Part shown: positions 47,901-57,024 of the stretch, one piece after another
Numbering within the stretch: position 1 is the first letter of the stretch
How the letters are laid out: every line of letters begins with the position of its first letter
From: a virus
Taxonomy: Duplodnaviria > Caudoviricetes
Length of the DNA stretch: 64,000 nt
Virus record (IMG/VR): IMGVR_UViG_3300008255_000098
Direction: 5' to 3' (one strand)
The notes under the pieces: model-generated
Seen by the model: only the letters and a program-made list of their open reading frames with translations
What the model was told of the DNA's origin: nothing
Databases searched by the model: none
Translations under genes and position numbers: made by a program

Positions 47901-48637
47901 ATTTCTTCAAAATCATTCATATTTGGCGACCATAAATCCCACTCTGGCTCTGTTTGGTGTCCAAAAACTATTCTACCAGGCTGTCCACCAATACATGCAC
48001 TAGTTGCTATAATATTTCCATTGGAAAATTTCTTTAGCATGTCAAAATCCATACGGGGAAAACGATAAAATCCGTCTATATATGATCTTGATACCATCTG
48101 AAATAAAGATTCAAGACCTTCAATATTTTTTGGCAATAAAACCAAATGGTTCCTTTGTTTCAACGGGTCATTATGTTTATTTTTCTTTGAAGCATCTTCA
48201 TCTTCAACAACAGTTCCACCCTCCATATCTTCTTCAATTTTTTTTGATTTATCAGTTTCAAATGGATTGTTATCTAGTTTTTTTTGAATTCGCAAAGCTT
48301 CTGTAGCATCAGCGTCACCGCCTGCGGAAAGCTTTTTCAAGCTTTTAGTTTCTTTGTCCTTTAAATATAGGTTTTTCCAATCTGCCAATGAATCAATAAA
48401 ATATGCTTCTATTCCAGGAATTGCTTTGAATTTTTGTCCATTTTTATGTAATTTTTGGTTATGCAAAAATTGGTGCGTATAACCATTCATGTTTCCATGA
48501 TCTGTAAGCGCAAGTGCGTCCATTTCATTTTCTATTGCAAAATCTATATGGTCTTGCGGCATACCTATGGCATCTCCTATTGAAAATGTTGAATGGCTAT
48601 GCAGTCCTACAAACTTTTTTGGGTATCTATTTTTCAT
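44945..48637 (-). CDS. dnaE: DNA polymerase III alpha subunit (C-family)
   Basis: PHP domain HSHSTFS/TDHG/TDAHY; ARGSAAGSL; FERFL; PDIDSD; RHAGG; KFDILGL; FNKSHA. Confidence 0.97.
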   Translation of the reverse strand: MKNRYPKKFVGLHSHSTFSIGDAIGMPQDHIDFAIENEMDALALTDHGNMNGYTHQFLHNQKLHKNGQKFKAIPGIEAYFIDSLADWKNLYLKDKETKSLKKLSAGGDADATEALRIQKKLDNNPFETDKSKKIEEDMEGGTVVEDEDASKKNKHNDPLKQRNHLVLLPKNIEGLESLFQMVSRSYIDGFYRFPRMDFDMLKKFSNGNIIATSACIGGQPGRIVFGHQTEPEWDLWSPNMNDFEEIQNELKEMVDKFKWALGEENYYLELQFNRLEPQHLVNQHLIECSKRTGTPLVVTTDAHYSNPKHWKQREIYKMMAWASKGMDMNKENLPKSVDELKCELYPKNASQIWDTYLSTTKDKGWDFYDDDIVREAIERTYDIAHDQIDDISPDTKVKLPSISYLATDSNLKAIEAKFGEDISEESAAFQELKRQAIAGMKYRRLLDSQEHIDRLKEELKVVKHLKFSKYFLTYSKIMENISSQMLCGLARGSAAGSLLSYVLNITQLDPIKYGLLFERFLTRFKKGFPDIDSDFADRDKAVKIIAEHFGEENVIPVSNFNQLQLRSLVKDLCKLDGVPFEEVNNYTKKIEAEALAEAKKNAGFDRQGWVLTYDVASKDSQTFRELMNKFPELETNIKILFKQMRNVSRHAGGVIITEKPEKHMPIIKSGGVLQTPWQEGLNFRHLENLGFLKFDILGLGTLRIFENTVKRILKNQGIKHPTFEQVSKWFYENVHPDNNTMDDPKVYKEVYEEGKWAGIFQFVQSPVQKFVMKMKPKNIIDLATATSIFRPGPLGISADKLYLKNRAKPEEIAYKHPLLKEVLGDTYGLIVFQEQLQLIYNKLAGVPLEETDGIRKAFMKKDMSNKVEAAKERLKLREFFADKCLEVNDIPKSISYSIFEDIEKFIAYSFNKSHAVSYTITSYQCAWLLTYYPDEWTASYIDYCAVDKGQAAGRESPVSVALGDAKGIGYKVGKPDINTSDVDYQIINKVLIPSFQALKHVGVPTLQEIREYRPYTKIEDLVWNPDETWRHSKFNKKALSTLIKLEAFSSMDLVGKGKTFKNYRQMHYVLVDNGDKIKRACARKKDPQPKEVLQTLIAEAQELDDWTLEEKINNSQTLAGSVDINLIIPKNVREYLDSSGLGSVDEHKSKHEWYWCVVKRSAQYKTRNNKPYLRMKIFGESGRERDCFIWGYNPVKDFPIPSNTLVLAKFEKSDFGLSTFYSKIEVIDRG

Positions 48638-50088
48638 TTATCATTTATTTCTCTACTAAAAAGGGTTTGTCCGCAATCCCAAATTTTATATAAACCTTGG
48701 GAATAACCGGAATTTCCACGAAATTTTAATCTATGGTAGGTTCTCTTACCGTCTGTCCACCTAAAACTAACACTTGTTTTTTTCTTTATAAAGCCTAATT
48801 TTAAAAGGTAATTTCCATTTCCATATCGTTCGTCTACAAACGTAATAATTTGTGACGGTTTTTCCGTCTTGATAACTTTGCTAATTAGCCTTGAATATCC
48901 TCCAACAACACTTGTATTGGCTAGCGTGCAAAATCTTGAGATTTCTAAGACTTTAGTTTTTTTGTTTTTCCATTTAACCTGTATGGCTGCAACAAGCTTA
49001 TCATTATTATATAAACCATAAACTCGGCCTGCGCCTGGACCCATTAGGTGATTATCCTGATAAAAGTCTTTTATTGTACTTTTTTTTGTTTCTTCTTTTA
49101 CAATTAACTTTCTTGCAAATAATTTGCAAGTGTTTGCAAGAAGGGCGTTTCCTATAATTGACTTAACAATTATTTCTTTATTTACAATTTCATCACTTCT
49201 AAAGAAAAAAGTTTTATACCCATTTTCCTTGTAGAATTCTTTCTTTTTAAAATGATATTTTTTGTCCTTATTAACTCTATCACAATGCCATGCCAAACCG
49301 TCACATTCAATTATAATATTTTTATGCGGCAAAATAAAATCTGGTCTATAAGTTTTGAATTTTGTAACATCATATAAAATTTCTCCATCATATATTTCAC
49401 TAATAAGTTTATTCACCGTACTCTCAATTCCTGTTTTATTTAGTGAGAGTTTTTTGGCCGTTTCAATTCCTTGTTCATTTGTAACTTGCTTAAAATAAGA
49501 GTATGAAATTTCCAATTCATCTGCCCATTCCAGCATGGTCTTGTTGCCAAATTGGTATGTCAATCCCCTTTCAATTCGTGTATTTCTTGTTTTTTCTTTA
49601 ACAATAGAACTTTTTGTTGCCCAATCTATCCCATATTTTTTTGTAAATGAATTTCTTAAATTTTGTTTTACTATTTCTGCTTGCATTGGGTGTTCAACAC
49701 CATATTTTTCAATACTAGTTTTTCTAACCGCTTCTTTCATTTCACCATTTTCCCAACGATCTTTAAGCAATTTTGATAGTTTATTTCGTTTTTCTTTTGA
49801 AATTACGGCTTTGCCTTCGAGCCGTAATTTTTTGAAGGTATCTATCATCTTCTTATTTTGCTCTTTTGTCCTTTTATAAGAACCGCATTGTTTTCTGGTA
49901 CTTACTCCTAAAGCTAGAGCACAGGACCTACTACAAGTTTTTTGGCTAAGCCGAAAAGAAGTATCCTGAAATGTGTTTTTGCACCATAAACATTCTTTTT
50001 GTCTACGAGCAACACGTTTTGCTCGTTGATTTTTATTATGTTGTTTGAGATTTTTGATTTGTTTTTTAGACTGTTGTTTTTTAGGCAT
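48634..50088 (-). CDS. Free-standing putative homing endonuclease (PD-(D/E)XK/DUF559-like with Hef-type C-terminal domain)
   Basis: CLWC..CSRSC, KYGVEH/KYGIDW repeats, RPDFILP..IIIECDGLAWH, EISRFC, DERYG, IWDCG. Confidence 0.75.
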   Translation of the reverse strand: MPKKQQSKKQIKNLKQHNKNQRAKRVARRQKECLWCKNTFQDTSFRLSQKTCSRSCALALGVSTRKQCGSYKRTKEQNKKMIDTFKKLRLEGKAVISKEKRNKLSKLLKDRWENGEMKEAVRKTSIEKYGVEHPMQAEIVKQNLRNSFTKKYGIDWATKSSIVKEKTRNTRIERGLTYQFGNKTMLEWADELEISYSYFKQVTNEQGIETAKKLSLNKTGIESTVNKLISEIYDGEILYDVTKFKTYRPDFILPHKNIIIECDGLAWHCDRVNKDKKYHFKKKEFYKENGYKTFFFRSDEIVNKEIIVKSIIGNALLANTCKLFARKLIVKEETKKSTIKDFYQDNHLMGPGAGRVYGLYNNDKLVAAIQVKWKNKKTKVLEISRFCTLANTSVVGGYSRLISKVIKTEKPSQIITFVDERYGNGNYLLKLGFIKKKTSVSFRWTDGKRTYHRLKFRGNSGYSQGLYKIWDCGQTLFSREINDK

Positions 50089-50193
50089 AAAAGTAAATAT
50101 GTATCAATCTATTGAAAAGGTTGAATGGGAGTGAAGGCTAACGAATTTAGGGGTTTTCTTGCATAGTATTTCCTACCCTAGCTCCTAAAAATT

Positions 50194-50464
50194 TTATTTA
50201 AGTCCAGATAAGATATTTTTAGTACGTTCAACCCGACTCTTTGAGCAAGAACTTTTTTCTACTTCAGTGAAAAACTTTTCTTTATATTGAAGTGTTATTG
50301 TCGAATAACATACTATATGCAATGAACTATTTCTCTCAAAAATATTTGATGACAATCCATTATTGACTTTATCAAATTTCCCTGCCGTTAGTGAGTCACT
50401 AAATGTGATTTAAAAATCTATCAAGTTCTATATTTTGCTTATGCAAATTTTTATTATTGTTCAT
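50194..50464 (-). pseudogene. Small gene split by a 1-nt frame offset
   Basis: MNNNKNLHKQNIELDRFLNHI* (50464-50399); the +1 frame continues ITFSDSLTAGKFDKV...RTKNILSGLK* to 50194. Confidence 0.4.
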
Positions 50465-50556
50465 AATGTGATAGTAACACCAGTACTTTAAAAACAAAAC
50501 CCATTTTGTATTTCTACAATCCACGGCTATTTACCTTCAGAATACAAAGGATTAAA

Positions 50557-51465
50557 ATGATAACTACAAAATGGGTAAAATATAAAATTTGGTCTGGTTG
50601 TGCAATTAGCGAAGGAACTAAATGGATTCTAACAAACGAACAAAAAGAACAGCATATGTACCGTGCCATGTATCTTACCTCCCAGCTAGAAACATTTGGT
50701 AAATTTGGACCAATAAACTCATATGATGGTGCTGGAATTTCCGCAGGTTTAGAACATAATATAGCTGTTTTTCCAAAAACTATGACACAAGGCCCATTAT
50801 GGAAAAGTCTTAGAGAACTAGAGCTATATGCGCCGTGCGGAGATTTACGCAAACTTTGGGGAGAACTAAAAAACAATAACAAATATATTGATCAAGATGG
50901 TGTTTTGAGAAATTATTCAAATGGTGCAATAATAACAGCTGCCGAAATCAGAGACATGGTAGCCCCACCTGGCGGAAAAGTTCCTAAAACAGGACCAAAT
51001 TGGGATTCTGCCGTCAAGTGGGCTTTATTATTTCACAAATTATTTACTAACCCAATCACCTTTACCGTTCAAATTAATAGCGCAATTCGATCACTAGTTT
51101 CTGGAAACGGAGTAGCTGAATCTGACGCTTATAAAATTACTGTAGGGGTTGATCATCCAACTGCGTTGCAACGTATTGGCCAAATTTCTCCAGAATATGA
51201 CCTGGCATGGTGTGTGTATCATAGTTTCTCTGTAAACGCTCCAGGGATGGCTCGAAAAGTTTTATCGAACTCACACCCAGACAAAACATCAAGTTGGCCT
51301 CACAGGCTAATCAGGGCTCTAGGAACTACTAACTACGGGCGATGGCATGATACAACAGATAGGGGTAACCGATACGATAGAACTAGACTAACAGCTATGC
51401 ATAGTGGACTTTGGCCAAATGAATTATTTGTTGGCCCAAAAGCTATTATGCCAGAAAATCTATAA
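50557..51465 (+). CDS. Putative lysozyme-like peptidoglycan hydrolase
   Basis: SQLETFGKFGPINSYDGAGISAG resembles an E...D catalytic arrangement of lysozyme-fold enzymes; TATTTA upstream; start at ATG 50557. Confidence 0.45.
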   Translation: MITTKWVKYKIWSGCAISEGTKWILTNEQKEQHMYRAMYLTSQLETFGKFGPINSYDGAGISAGLEHNIAVFPKTMTQGPLWKSLRELELYAPCGDLRKLWGELKNNNKYIDQDGVLRNYSNGAIITAAEIRDMVAPPGGKVPKTGPNWDSAVKWALLFHKLFTNPITFTVQINSAIRSLVSGNGVAESDAYKITVGVDHPTALQRIGQISPEYDLAWCVYHSFSVNAPGMARKVLSNSHPDKTSSWPHRLIRALGTTNYGRWHDTTDRGNRYDRTRLTAMHSGLWPNELFVGPKAIMPENL

Positions 51466-51978
51466 ATTATTTTTTTCTACTTCTGGGTTAATATAAGTAA
51501 ATTGTTTCATAATTTGTTGTTTGTTAAGCATGCTTATGTTAACCCAACCAAAAGTATCTTTATACGCTACTCTAATTCTTCCTTTGTATACAGGAACATC
51601 AGATGTGAAATAAATATAATACATATTTGGCCAAGGAGACTGAACAACTCGGTATAACTTTAGTTTTTTACGTGCTAAAATCATTTCTTCTCTTTTAATA
51701 AGTTGTTTTTCTTGGACATATGATAATACAGAATAACTCATAGGCCATATTGCTTCTGTAAGTTCACCGCCCAAATATAAAAGGCGGTCGCCCTTTATAA
51801 TTTTATATCGGTCTTTCGGCTTAGAGGGACAATTCTTTTTTTCTGGATATAACAATCTGAATTTGCCATTAAAACTATATAACTTTCCGGGTTCTAAACC
51901 AAAATCCAAACAATCAACTTCTTTTTTTTCTTTAGTAGGTTTGTTTTTTCGTGAACTTGCAACTTTATTTTTTTTCAT
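51460..51978 (-). CDS. Hypothetical protein
   Basis: 172-aa ORF. Confidence 0.7.
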   Translation of the reverse strand: MKKNKVASSRKNKPTKEKKEVDCLDFGLEPGKLYSFNGKFRLLYPEKKNCPSKPKDRYKIIKGDRLLYLGGELTEAIWPMSYSVLSYVQEKQLIKREEMILARKKLKLYRVVQSPWPNMYYIYFTSDVPVYKGRIRVAYKDTFGWVNISMLNKQQIMKQFTYINPEVEKNNL

Positions 51979-52031
51979 AGTTTATCATTGAATAAGATTC
52001 AATTCTTGTTTAAGATGTAAAAGTGCAATAA

Positions 52032-52787
52032 TCACAAAAACTCGGAAAACGCAGGATTTGTTGTAGTCCCTCTTCTATAATTGTAGAAAGGCATTTTAAG
52101 TACACTAGTTTTTTGTAATAATAAAGTTAATTTTGTATTCATGTCGCTGTCTTCTGCTAACTGACAACGTAATCCTAAATTACCGGGCATAAATTTCATA
52201 CCATGATCCCACAATTGTTTATAAAATAAAGTTGATGCCCCGTGCGTCTCAAAATTTGGTCCCATATAATAATGGTTAATTCCATTTGTATGGAACCCTG
52301 TGAACACATTTTGTGTTACTGCATCGTGTGGTATAATATCAGATATACTTGGGGCGGGGGCATTTACAACAAATTTTGTGGCATTATCAATTTCTTCTTG
52401 GCTGGAACAATTATGAAACCCGCAAAGAGTGTGATAACTTTTCATTTGTTGTAAAGTTTTAACTTGAAATTCCAGTCTTTGCTTACAAGAACTATCATCA
52501 GCATCTTGACATGTTAATAACTGTCCAGTTGCTCTTTGTCCAATACCTCTATTTAAAGCAAACCATTTTCCTCTATTTTCTGGTAGAAAAATAGGCTCTA
52601 CAACTCTTTTATCTAATTTAGATATTTCGTTGATAACTTCTTTACTGTTGTCATTTGAACAGTCGTCAACTATAATTATTTCCAAGTTTTCATACGTTTG
52701 GTCCAAAACAGATTGCACAGCTTGTTTGATATATTGTGCATGATTAAAGTTAGCTACAATAACAGAAATTTTGGGTTCATTACTCAT
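52032..52787 (-). CDS. Glycosyltransferase family 2
   Basis: ISVIVANFNH..YI..AV.SVL.QTYENLEIIIVDDCS, LTCQDADD, AEDSD; start at MSNEPK (52787). Confidence 0.92.
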   Translation of the reverse strand: MSNEPKISVIVANFNHAQYIKQAVQSVLDQTYENLEIIIVDDCSNDNSKEVINEISKLDKRVVEPIFLPENRGKWFALNRGIGQRATGQLLTCQDADDSSCKQRLEFQVKTLQQMKSYHTLCGFHNCSSQEEIDNATKFVVNAPAPSISDIIPHDAVTQNVFTGFHTNGINHYYMGPNFETHGASTLFYKQLWDHGMKFMPGNLGLRCQLAEDSDMNTKLTLLLQKTSVLKMPFYNYRRGTTTNPAFSEFL

Positions 52788-52788
52788 C

Positions 52789-53799
52789 TCATTTTCCACT
52801 GTGCTCTGCACACCATTTTTTAATAATCGGGTGAATTGGCGTTTCAATTTCAACATGATTTATTTTTGAACCATCCCAAGGAGAGTGAAAAATCCAACCA
52901 CCAGTTTCTGTTTTAAGTTTGTGAGCTAGTTTTTTAATTTCCTTTTCTGAGACGTCAGATAAGCTTTTATCAGCAAAAAACGGGTTCCACCCTTCTGGTC
53001 TTTCCTCGTTATATAGCGATAGCCATGAGGCATTCCAAAATTTCTTGAACTTGATAATTTTTTCTTCTATTGAGAACCAAGAAAAATGATAAACCGTGGG
53101 CAAATGTCCCACAACCATATTAAACCAAGTTTGATATTTGTATGCTGCCTCTTTGTTGAAAATTGCTTCTCTTCTAAGATTATCTACCTCTTGTGTAATA
53201 AAGTTACTAGAAACAACTACACTGCCATCGTTCTTGTTTATTAAATCACAACCATCTGTGCCCTGTTTAGCATACAACAAACCGTTTTCTTCTTTTCTTA
53301 GATGCTTAGGAATGCCATGTGTAATTTCTGGTAAATTTTTACTTATTCTCCATTTCCATGGGTTTACATCAATTCTAACTTTATCTTTAGAACCCCAATA
53401 TTCTACCACTGGTAAACAAATAATTGGAGCCTTGTCCATATGTGGGGCAGCATTATTTATTAAATTTTCTACTTTTGGTCGTATCCCTACCTCTGCAATT
53501 TCATCAGCATCTTGTTGCCACAAATAGTCTCCAGTACATTTTGCCCTGGCGATGGCTTTCATCTTACCGTCATAAATTCCATGATTTGGGGCATCCCAAG
53601 GTACTTTTATATGAAAAACTTTTAATTTCTCATTTTGTTCCATTAAATTTTGAAGCACTTCTATAGTGGAATCTGTTCCATCGGAACTATCTGCCACTAC
53701 TACTTCGTCACAAAAAGCTAACATGCTTTTAATTGACTCCTCGAATGGATAATCCATTTCTACCGCATTGCGTGTTGTTGTATAACCACTAATTTTCAT
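52789..53799 (-). CDS. Glycosyltransferase family 2-like
   Basis: ESIKSMLAFCDEVVVADS.DGTDST, YLWQQDADE, VYHFSW. Confidence 0.88.
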   Translation of the reverse strand: MKISGYTTTRNAVEMDYPFEESIKSMLAFCDEVVVADSSDGTDSTIEVLQNLMEQNEKLKVFHIKVPWDAPNHGIYDGKMKAIARAKCTGDYLWQQDADEIAEVGIRPKVENLINNAAPHMDKAPIICLPVVEYWGSKDKVRIDVNPWKWRISKNLPEITHGIPKHLRKEENGLLYAKQGTDGCDLINKNDGSVVVSSNFITQEVDNLRREAIFNKEAAYKYQTWFNMVVGHLPTVYHFSWFSIEEKIIKFKKFWNASWLSLYNEERPEGWNPFFADKSLSDVSEKEIKKLAHKLKTETGGWIFHSPWDGSKINHVEIETPIHPIIKKWCAEHSGK

Positions 53800-53809
53800 T
53801 ATATTTCTT

Positions 53810-54700
53810 TCATGGACAATGAGTTGTGCCTTTGAAACTACACCACATACAAGACATTTTATTTTTACTCACTCTTCCAGACATAATTTGATTTAAAGCA
53901 GATTGTAATTGTATGCTTGCTTTTTCTAATGCTTTTGGACCAACAGATACTAAAAGCATTTCTATTCTTGAGCCGTCTTTATTTGGTCTGCGTTTGAGAA
54001 ACACCCACCCGGTTTTAACATTTTCGACTGGAATACCAGTCTTTTGACACCAGAATTTTTTATAAAGTATCAATTGTAGTTGTTTATTGAACGAACGTTT
54101 TTGTTTTGCTTGCCAACCCCAAGAAGTAGTCTTCCAATCTAACATATAATAGACATATTCTCCGGGTATAATTTCTCCTTTAAGACCACTTAAAGTAGTT
54201 TTTCTTCTTGGCTTTCTTTTAGGAACTTTGATTACTAAGTCAATAAAGCCCTTAAACCATTTATTAGTTTGCCCTGGGATATACTCAAATAAATCTTCTT
54301 CTGCTGACACGAGCTGCCAACCAGGAAATTGCTCATCTAAAAATAAAGGAACTTGCCTAAGAATTTCTGGAATAACATCAATAAACTCTTTTGCGTCTTT
54401 TGACGTTACTTCTTCTTTTGTAAAAAGAAATTTTTCTAATCGTTCTTTGAAATCAGCTTCACAAGTTTCAACAGATGGTTGATTCCCAGTCAATACATAT
54501 TGTTCTAAAGCAGTATGTACGGCATTACCGAATGCCGTATGTATAGACCCTGCAAATGGATCTAATTTTTTGATATGTTTTAACTTATGTCTAAAAGAAC
54601 ATTCTAAAAATTCAAACAACTCTGAGTAACTAATATGAAATTTACCTGTTGGTAATAAGTAAGGATCTTCAAAGAGCTTTAACTGATTATTTTCGTTCAT
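53810..54700 (-). CDS. PD-(D/E)XK exonuclease, Cas4/AddB-like (4-Cys)
   Basis: ISYS...EC, FGNAVH..LE, GFIDL, LDWKT, QL.LY, C-terminal CMWC.F...HC. Confidence 0.88.
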   Translation of the reverse strand: MNENNQLKLFEDPYLLPTGKFHISYSELFEFLECSFRHKLKHIKKLDPFAGSIHTAFGNAVHTALEQYVLTGNQPSVETCEADFKERLEKFLFTKEEVTSKDAKEFIDVIPEILRQVPLFLDEQFPGWQLVSAEEDLFEYIPGQTNKWFKGFIDLVIKVPKRKPRRKTTLSGLKGEIIPGEYVYYMLDWKTTSWGWQAKQKRSFNKQLQLILYKKFWCQKTGIPVENVKTGWVFLKRRPNKDGSRIEMLLVSVGPKALEKASIQLQSALNQIMSGRVSKNKMSCMWCSFKGTTHCP

Positions 54701-54735
54701 ATTTTATTTCCTAGAACTGTTGTAAGACATTTCAG

Positions 54736-55686
54736 TTATCTTCTAAACCCGAATTCGCAGCTGGCCTGGAACTCCCCTAAATTAATTGCATTTGAATACG
54801 AAAACGCACTTTGCAGTCCACCTTTAATTTCTTGTACCAACTGTTTAACTGAAACCTTCTGTTCAACTTCCATTGTTTTTCCCTCTGGGGTTGGCAAAAA
54901 ATCTACGTCTCGAATCATCTTCATTGCATCTTTAGAAGCCATTCCTCTATATACTCCAGGCAATGGTGACTCAACGCAAGACGCAAACATTCTTCCAGAC
55001 ATAACAAAATCAGCGCCTGCCCCTAAAGCTTTGGCAATATCACCAATTTCTCTAACACCGCCGTCTGCGATTACTGTTATTGGGGTATTAACTGAATCTG
55101 CGGCACGAACACAATTTTTAATTGCAGTAAATTGCGGGACAGTAACGCCAGTAACATTTTTTGTTAGGCAAGCTGCTCCGGGTCCAATCCCGCATTTTAT
55201 TGCCTGAACTCCCCAAGAAATAAGATCCACAGCGCCTTGGTGCGTGGCAACATTTCCCCCAATAATAAAAATATCTTTGAATTCATGGTTAAGCCACTTT
55301 ACCATATTTTCCATTAACTCAGAATGTCCATGAGCAATATCTACAATAAAATATCTAGCTCCAACGTCATACAAAGCTTTCGCTCGTTCTTTTGAATCGC
55401 TATTTACTCCAATAGAAACAAGTGTTATTCTGCCACTAGCGGCTTTATATTCTTTAATATTTTGTTCTATACTCATAAATCTGTGAATAGCTCCGAGCCC
55501 GCCAGCATCTGCTACCGCCATAGCCATTTTACCGTCAGTAACAGAATCCATATTCGCAGAAATTATAGGCACATCAATTCTATTTTGTTTTAATAATGGG
55601 TCTAAAACAGATGACGTATCAACCATAGAACGAGTTGTTACAGTTGAATATTTTGGAACAATATAAACATCACTAAATTCGAACAT
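54736..55686 (-). CDS. IMP dehydrogenase / GMP reductase family (no CBS subdomain)
   Basis: PIISANMDSVT, VDIAHGHS, GGNVAT, GIGPGAACLT, IADGG, GDIAKAL.AGAD.VM.G, YRGMAS. Confidence 0.92.
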   Translation of the reverse strand: MFEFSDVYIVPKYSTVTTRSMVDTSSVLDPLLKQNRIDVPIISANMDSVTDGKMAMAVADAGGLGAIHRFMSIEQNIKEYKAASGRITLVSIGVNSDSKERAKALYDVGARYFIVDIAHGHSELMENMVKWLNHEFKDIFIIGGNVATHQGAVDLISWGVQAIKCGIGPGAACLTKNVTGVTVPQFTAIKNCVRAADSVNTPITVIADGGVREIGDIAKALGAGADFVMSGRMFASCVESPLPGVYRGMASKDAMKMIRDVDFLPTPEGKTMEVEQKVSVKQLVQEIKGGLQSAFSYSNAINLGEFQASCEFGFRR

Positions 55687-55700
55687 GTTTTTCCTTTTTT

Positions 55701-56039
55701 TTAAAAATCATATAAAATATGGCAGTTTAAACAACGATATTTTGTTTTTGTCCATACAGGAGACGTACTACCTAAAATTAGGCTAGTGTGAAATAACTCA
55801 AAAATACTCTCAATTTCATCTTTACATACGAGACATTTTTTATCAATTTTTGATCCACGAGTTTTTTCATCTATTTGATAATCACCAGGCAAATATTTTA
55901 TATTTTCAATTGTAGATTCTGATTTTTCCAGTGAAAAATTGGCTTCTTTTATTAAAGACTGACTATCTCGAAGCTCTAGTTCCTGTGCAGAGTCAAAAAC
56001 ATCAACAAATCTATTTTCAATTTCTTTTTTCTTTTTCAT
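55701..56039 (-). CDS. Hypothetical protein with Zn-ribbon
   Basis: CLVC...CLNC. Confidence 0.7.
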   Translation of the reverse strand: MKKKKEIENRFVDVFDSAQELELRDSQSLIKEANFSLEKSESTIENIKYLPGDYQIDEKTRGSKIDKKCLVCKDEIESIFELFHTSLILGSTSPVWTKTKYRCLNCHILYDF

Positions 56040-56937
56040 TTAGAATTATTTCCCAAAAATATTTAGGTCTAGTTTTTAGATAGTTTTCACAGTCTTCAAT
56101 GGAACCCGTAAACCAATCTTCCTCCCGCATTTGTACATTCTCGTTTAGTATACTTTCTAGACCTAAAAGTTTGGACTCTATTACGTACCTTGGTGCAGTA
56201 TCATATCCGGCTGGTAAAAATACTATTCCCTTATATTCTGAGAGCTTCTCTAAAAACTTTTCATGTTCAAGCCCACCAAGACGTTCATATTTTATTTTAT
56301 GGCCCTCACAGTATTTTATCGTTTGCGCCTCGGCTTTAATCCATGAACCACCAGCAAGAACTACCCAAGTGTCAGAAGAAGTGTTTTTGTTTTGCAATCG
56401 CAGATTTCTAATTTTTTCTAATGTGGAATTTTTGAATGTAGAAGATTGCACAGAAAAATTTGAACATTCAAATTGTGGAAATTTGTTAATATAAATTTCC
56501 ATTTGATTTTTTGACATAAAGAATACATGTTGCGCTTTTTGGAAAATTTTCCTAATAAAAAATCCATATTTTTGCGTGTGACAGTTGCATTCAATTTTTT
56601 CTTGTATTTTATGTAAATGGCTAGAACGAAATTTACAGTATTTATAGTCACATTCAATAATAGAAAATTTCACTTCATTAGTCACTAAAGTGATTAAACT
56701 TTCGTGTGACATATTAGAAAAATTCCCCAATATCCAATATTTGTCCTTATTTTTTTCTATTAACTGTTCAGTGACAGAGCTTGAATGTAACTTGAATATT
56801 TTTCCTGGGCATTCCTCAAGAATTGCTTCTAAAGTAAGTTCAGCGCCGCCAATATAATTTTCTGCGAATAAATCAGAAACAATTATATAATCAACGTTTT
56901 TTGGAATATAAAACACATTAGGAAATTGGTTAAACAT
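56017..56937 (-). CDS. Glycosyltransferase-like protein (GT-B type C-terminal half)
   Basis: GGAEL, ECDYKYC, IVFLP.GYDTAPR.VIESKLLG. Confidence 0.7.
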   Translation of the reverse strand: MFNQFPNVFYIPKNVDYIIVSDLFAENYIGGAELTLEAILEECPGKIFKLHSSSVTEQLIEKNKDKYWILGNFSNMSHESLITLVTNEVKFSIIECDYKYCKFRSSHLHKIQEKIECNCHTQKYGFFIRKIFQKAQHVFFMSKNQMEIYINKFPQFECSNFSVQSSTFKNSTLEKIRNLRLQNKNTSSDTWVVLAGGSWIKAEAQTIKYCEGHKIKYERLGGLEHEKFLEKLSEYKGIVFLPAGYDTAPRYVIESKLLGLESILNENVQMREEDWFTGSIEDCENYLKTRPKYFWEIILNEKEKRN

Positions 56938-56971
56938 AAAGAAATTTTATGCATATTATGATTATGTGTTT

Positions 56972-56999
56972 AAAAAAAAATAGAGGAACAAGTCCTCTA
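56972..56999 (-). terminator. Rho-independent terminator
   Basis: TAGAGGA-5 nt-TCCTCTA hairpin followed by T9 on the minus strand. Confidence 0.75.
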
Positions 57000-57024
57000 C
57001 TTTGAAAATAATAATTTATGAAAC

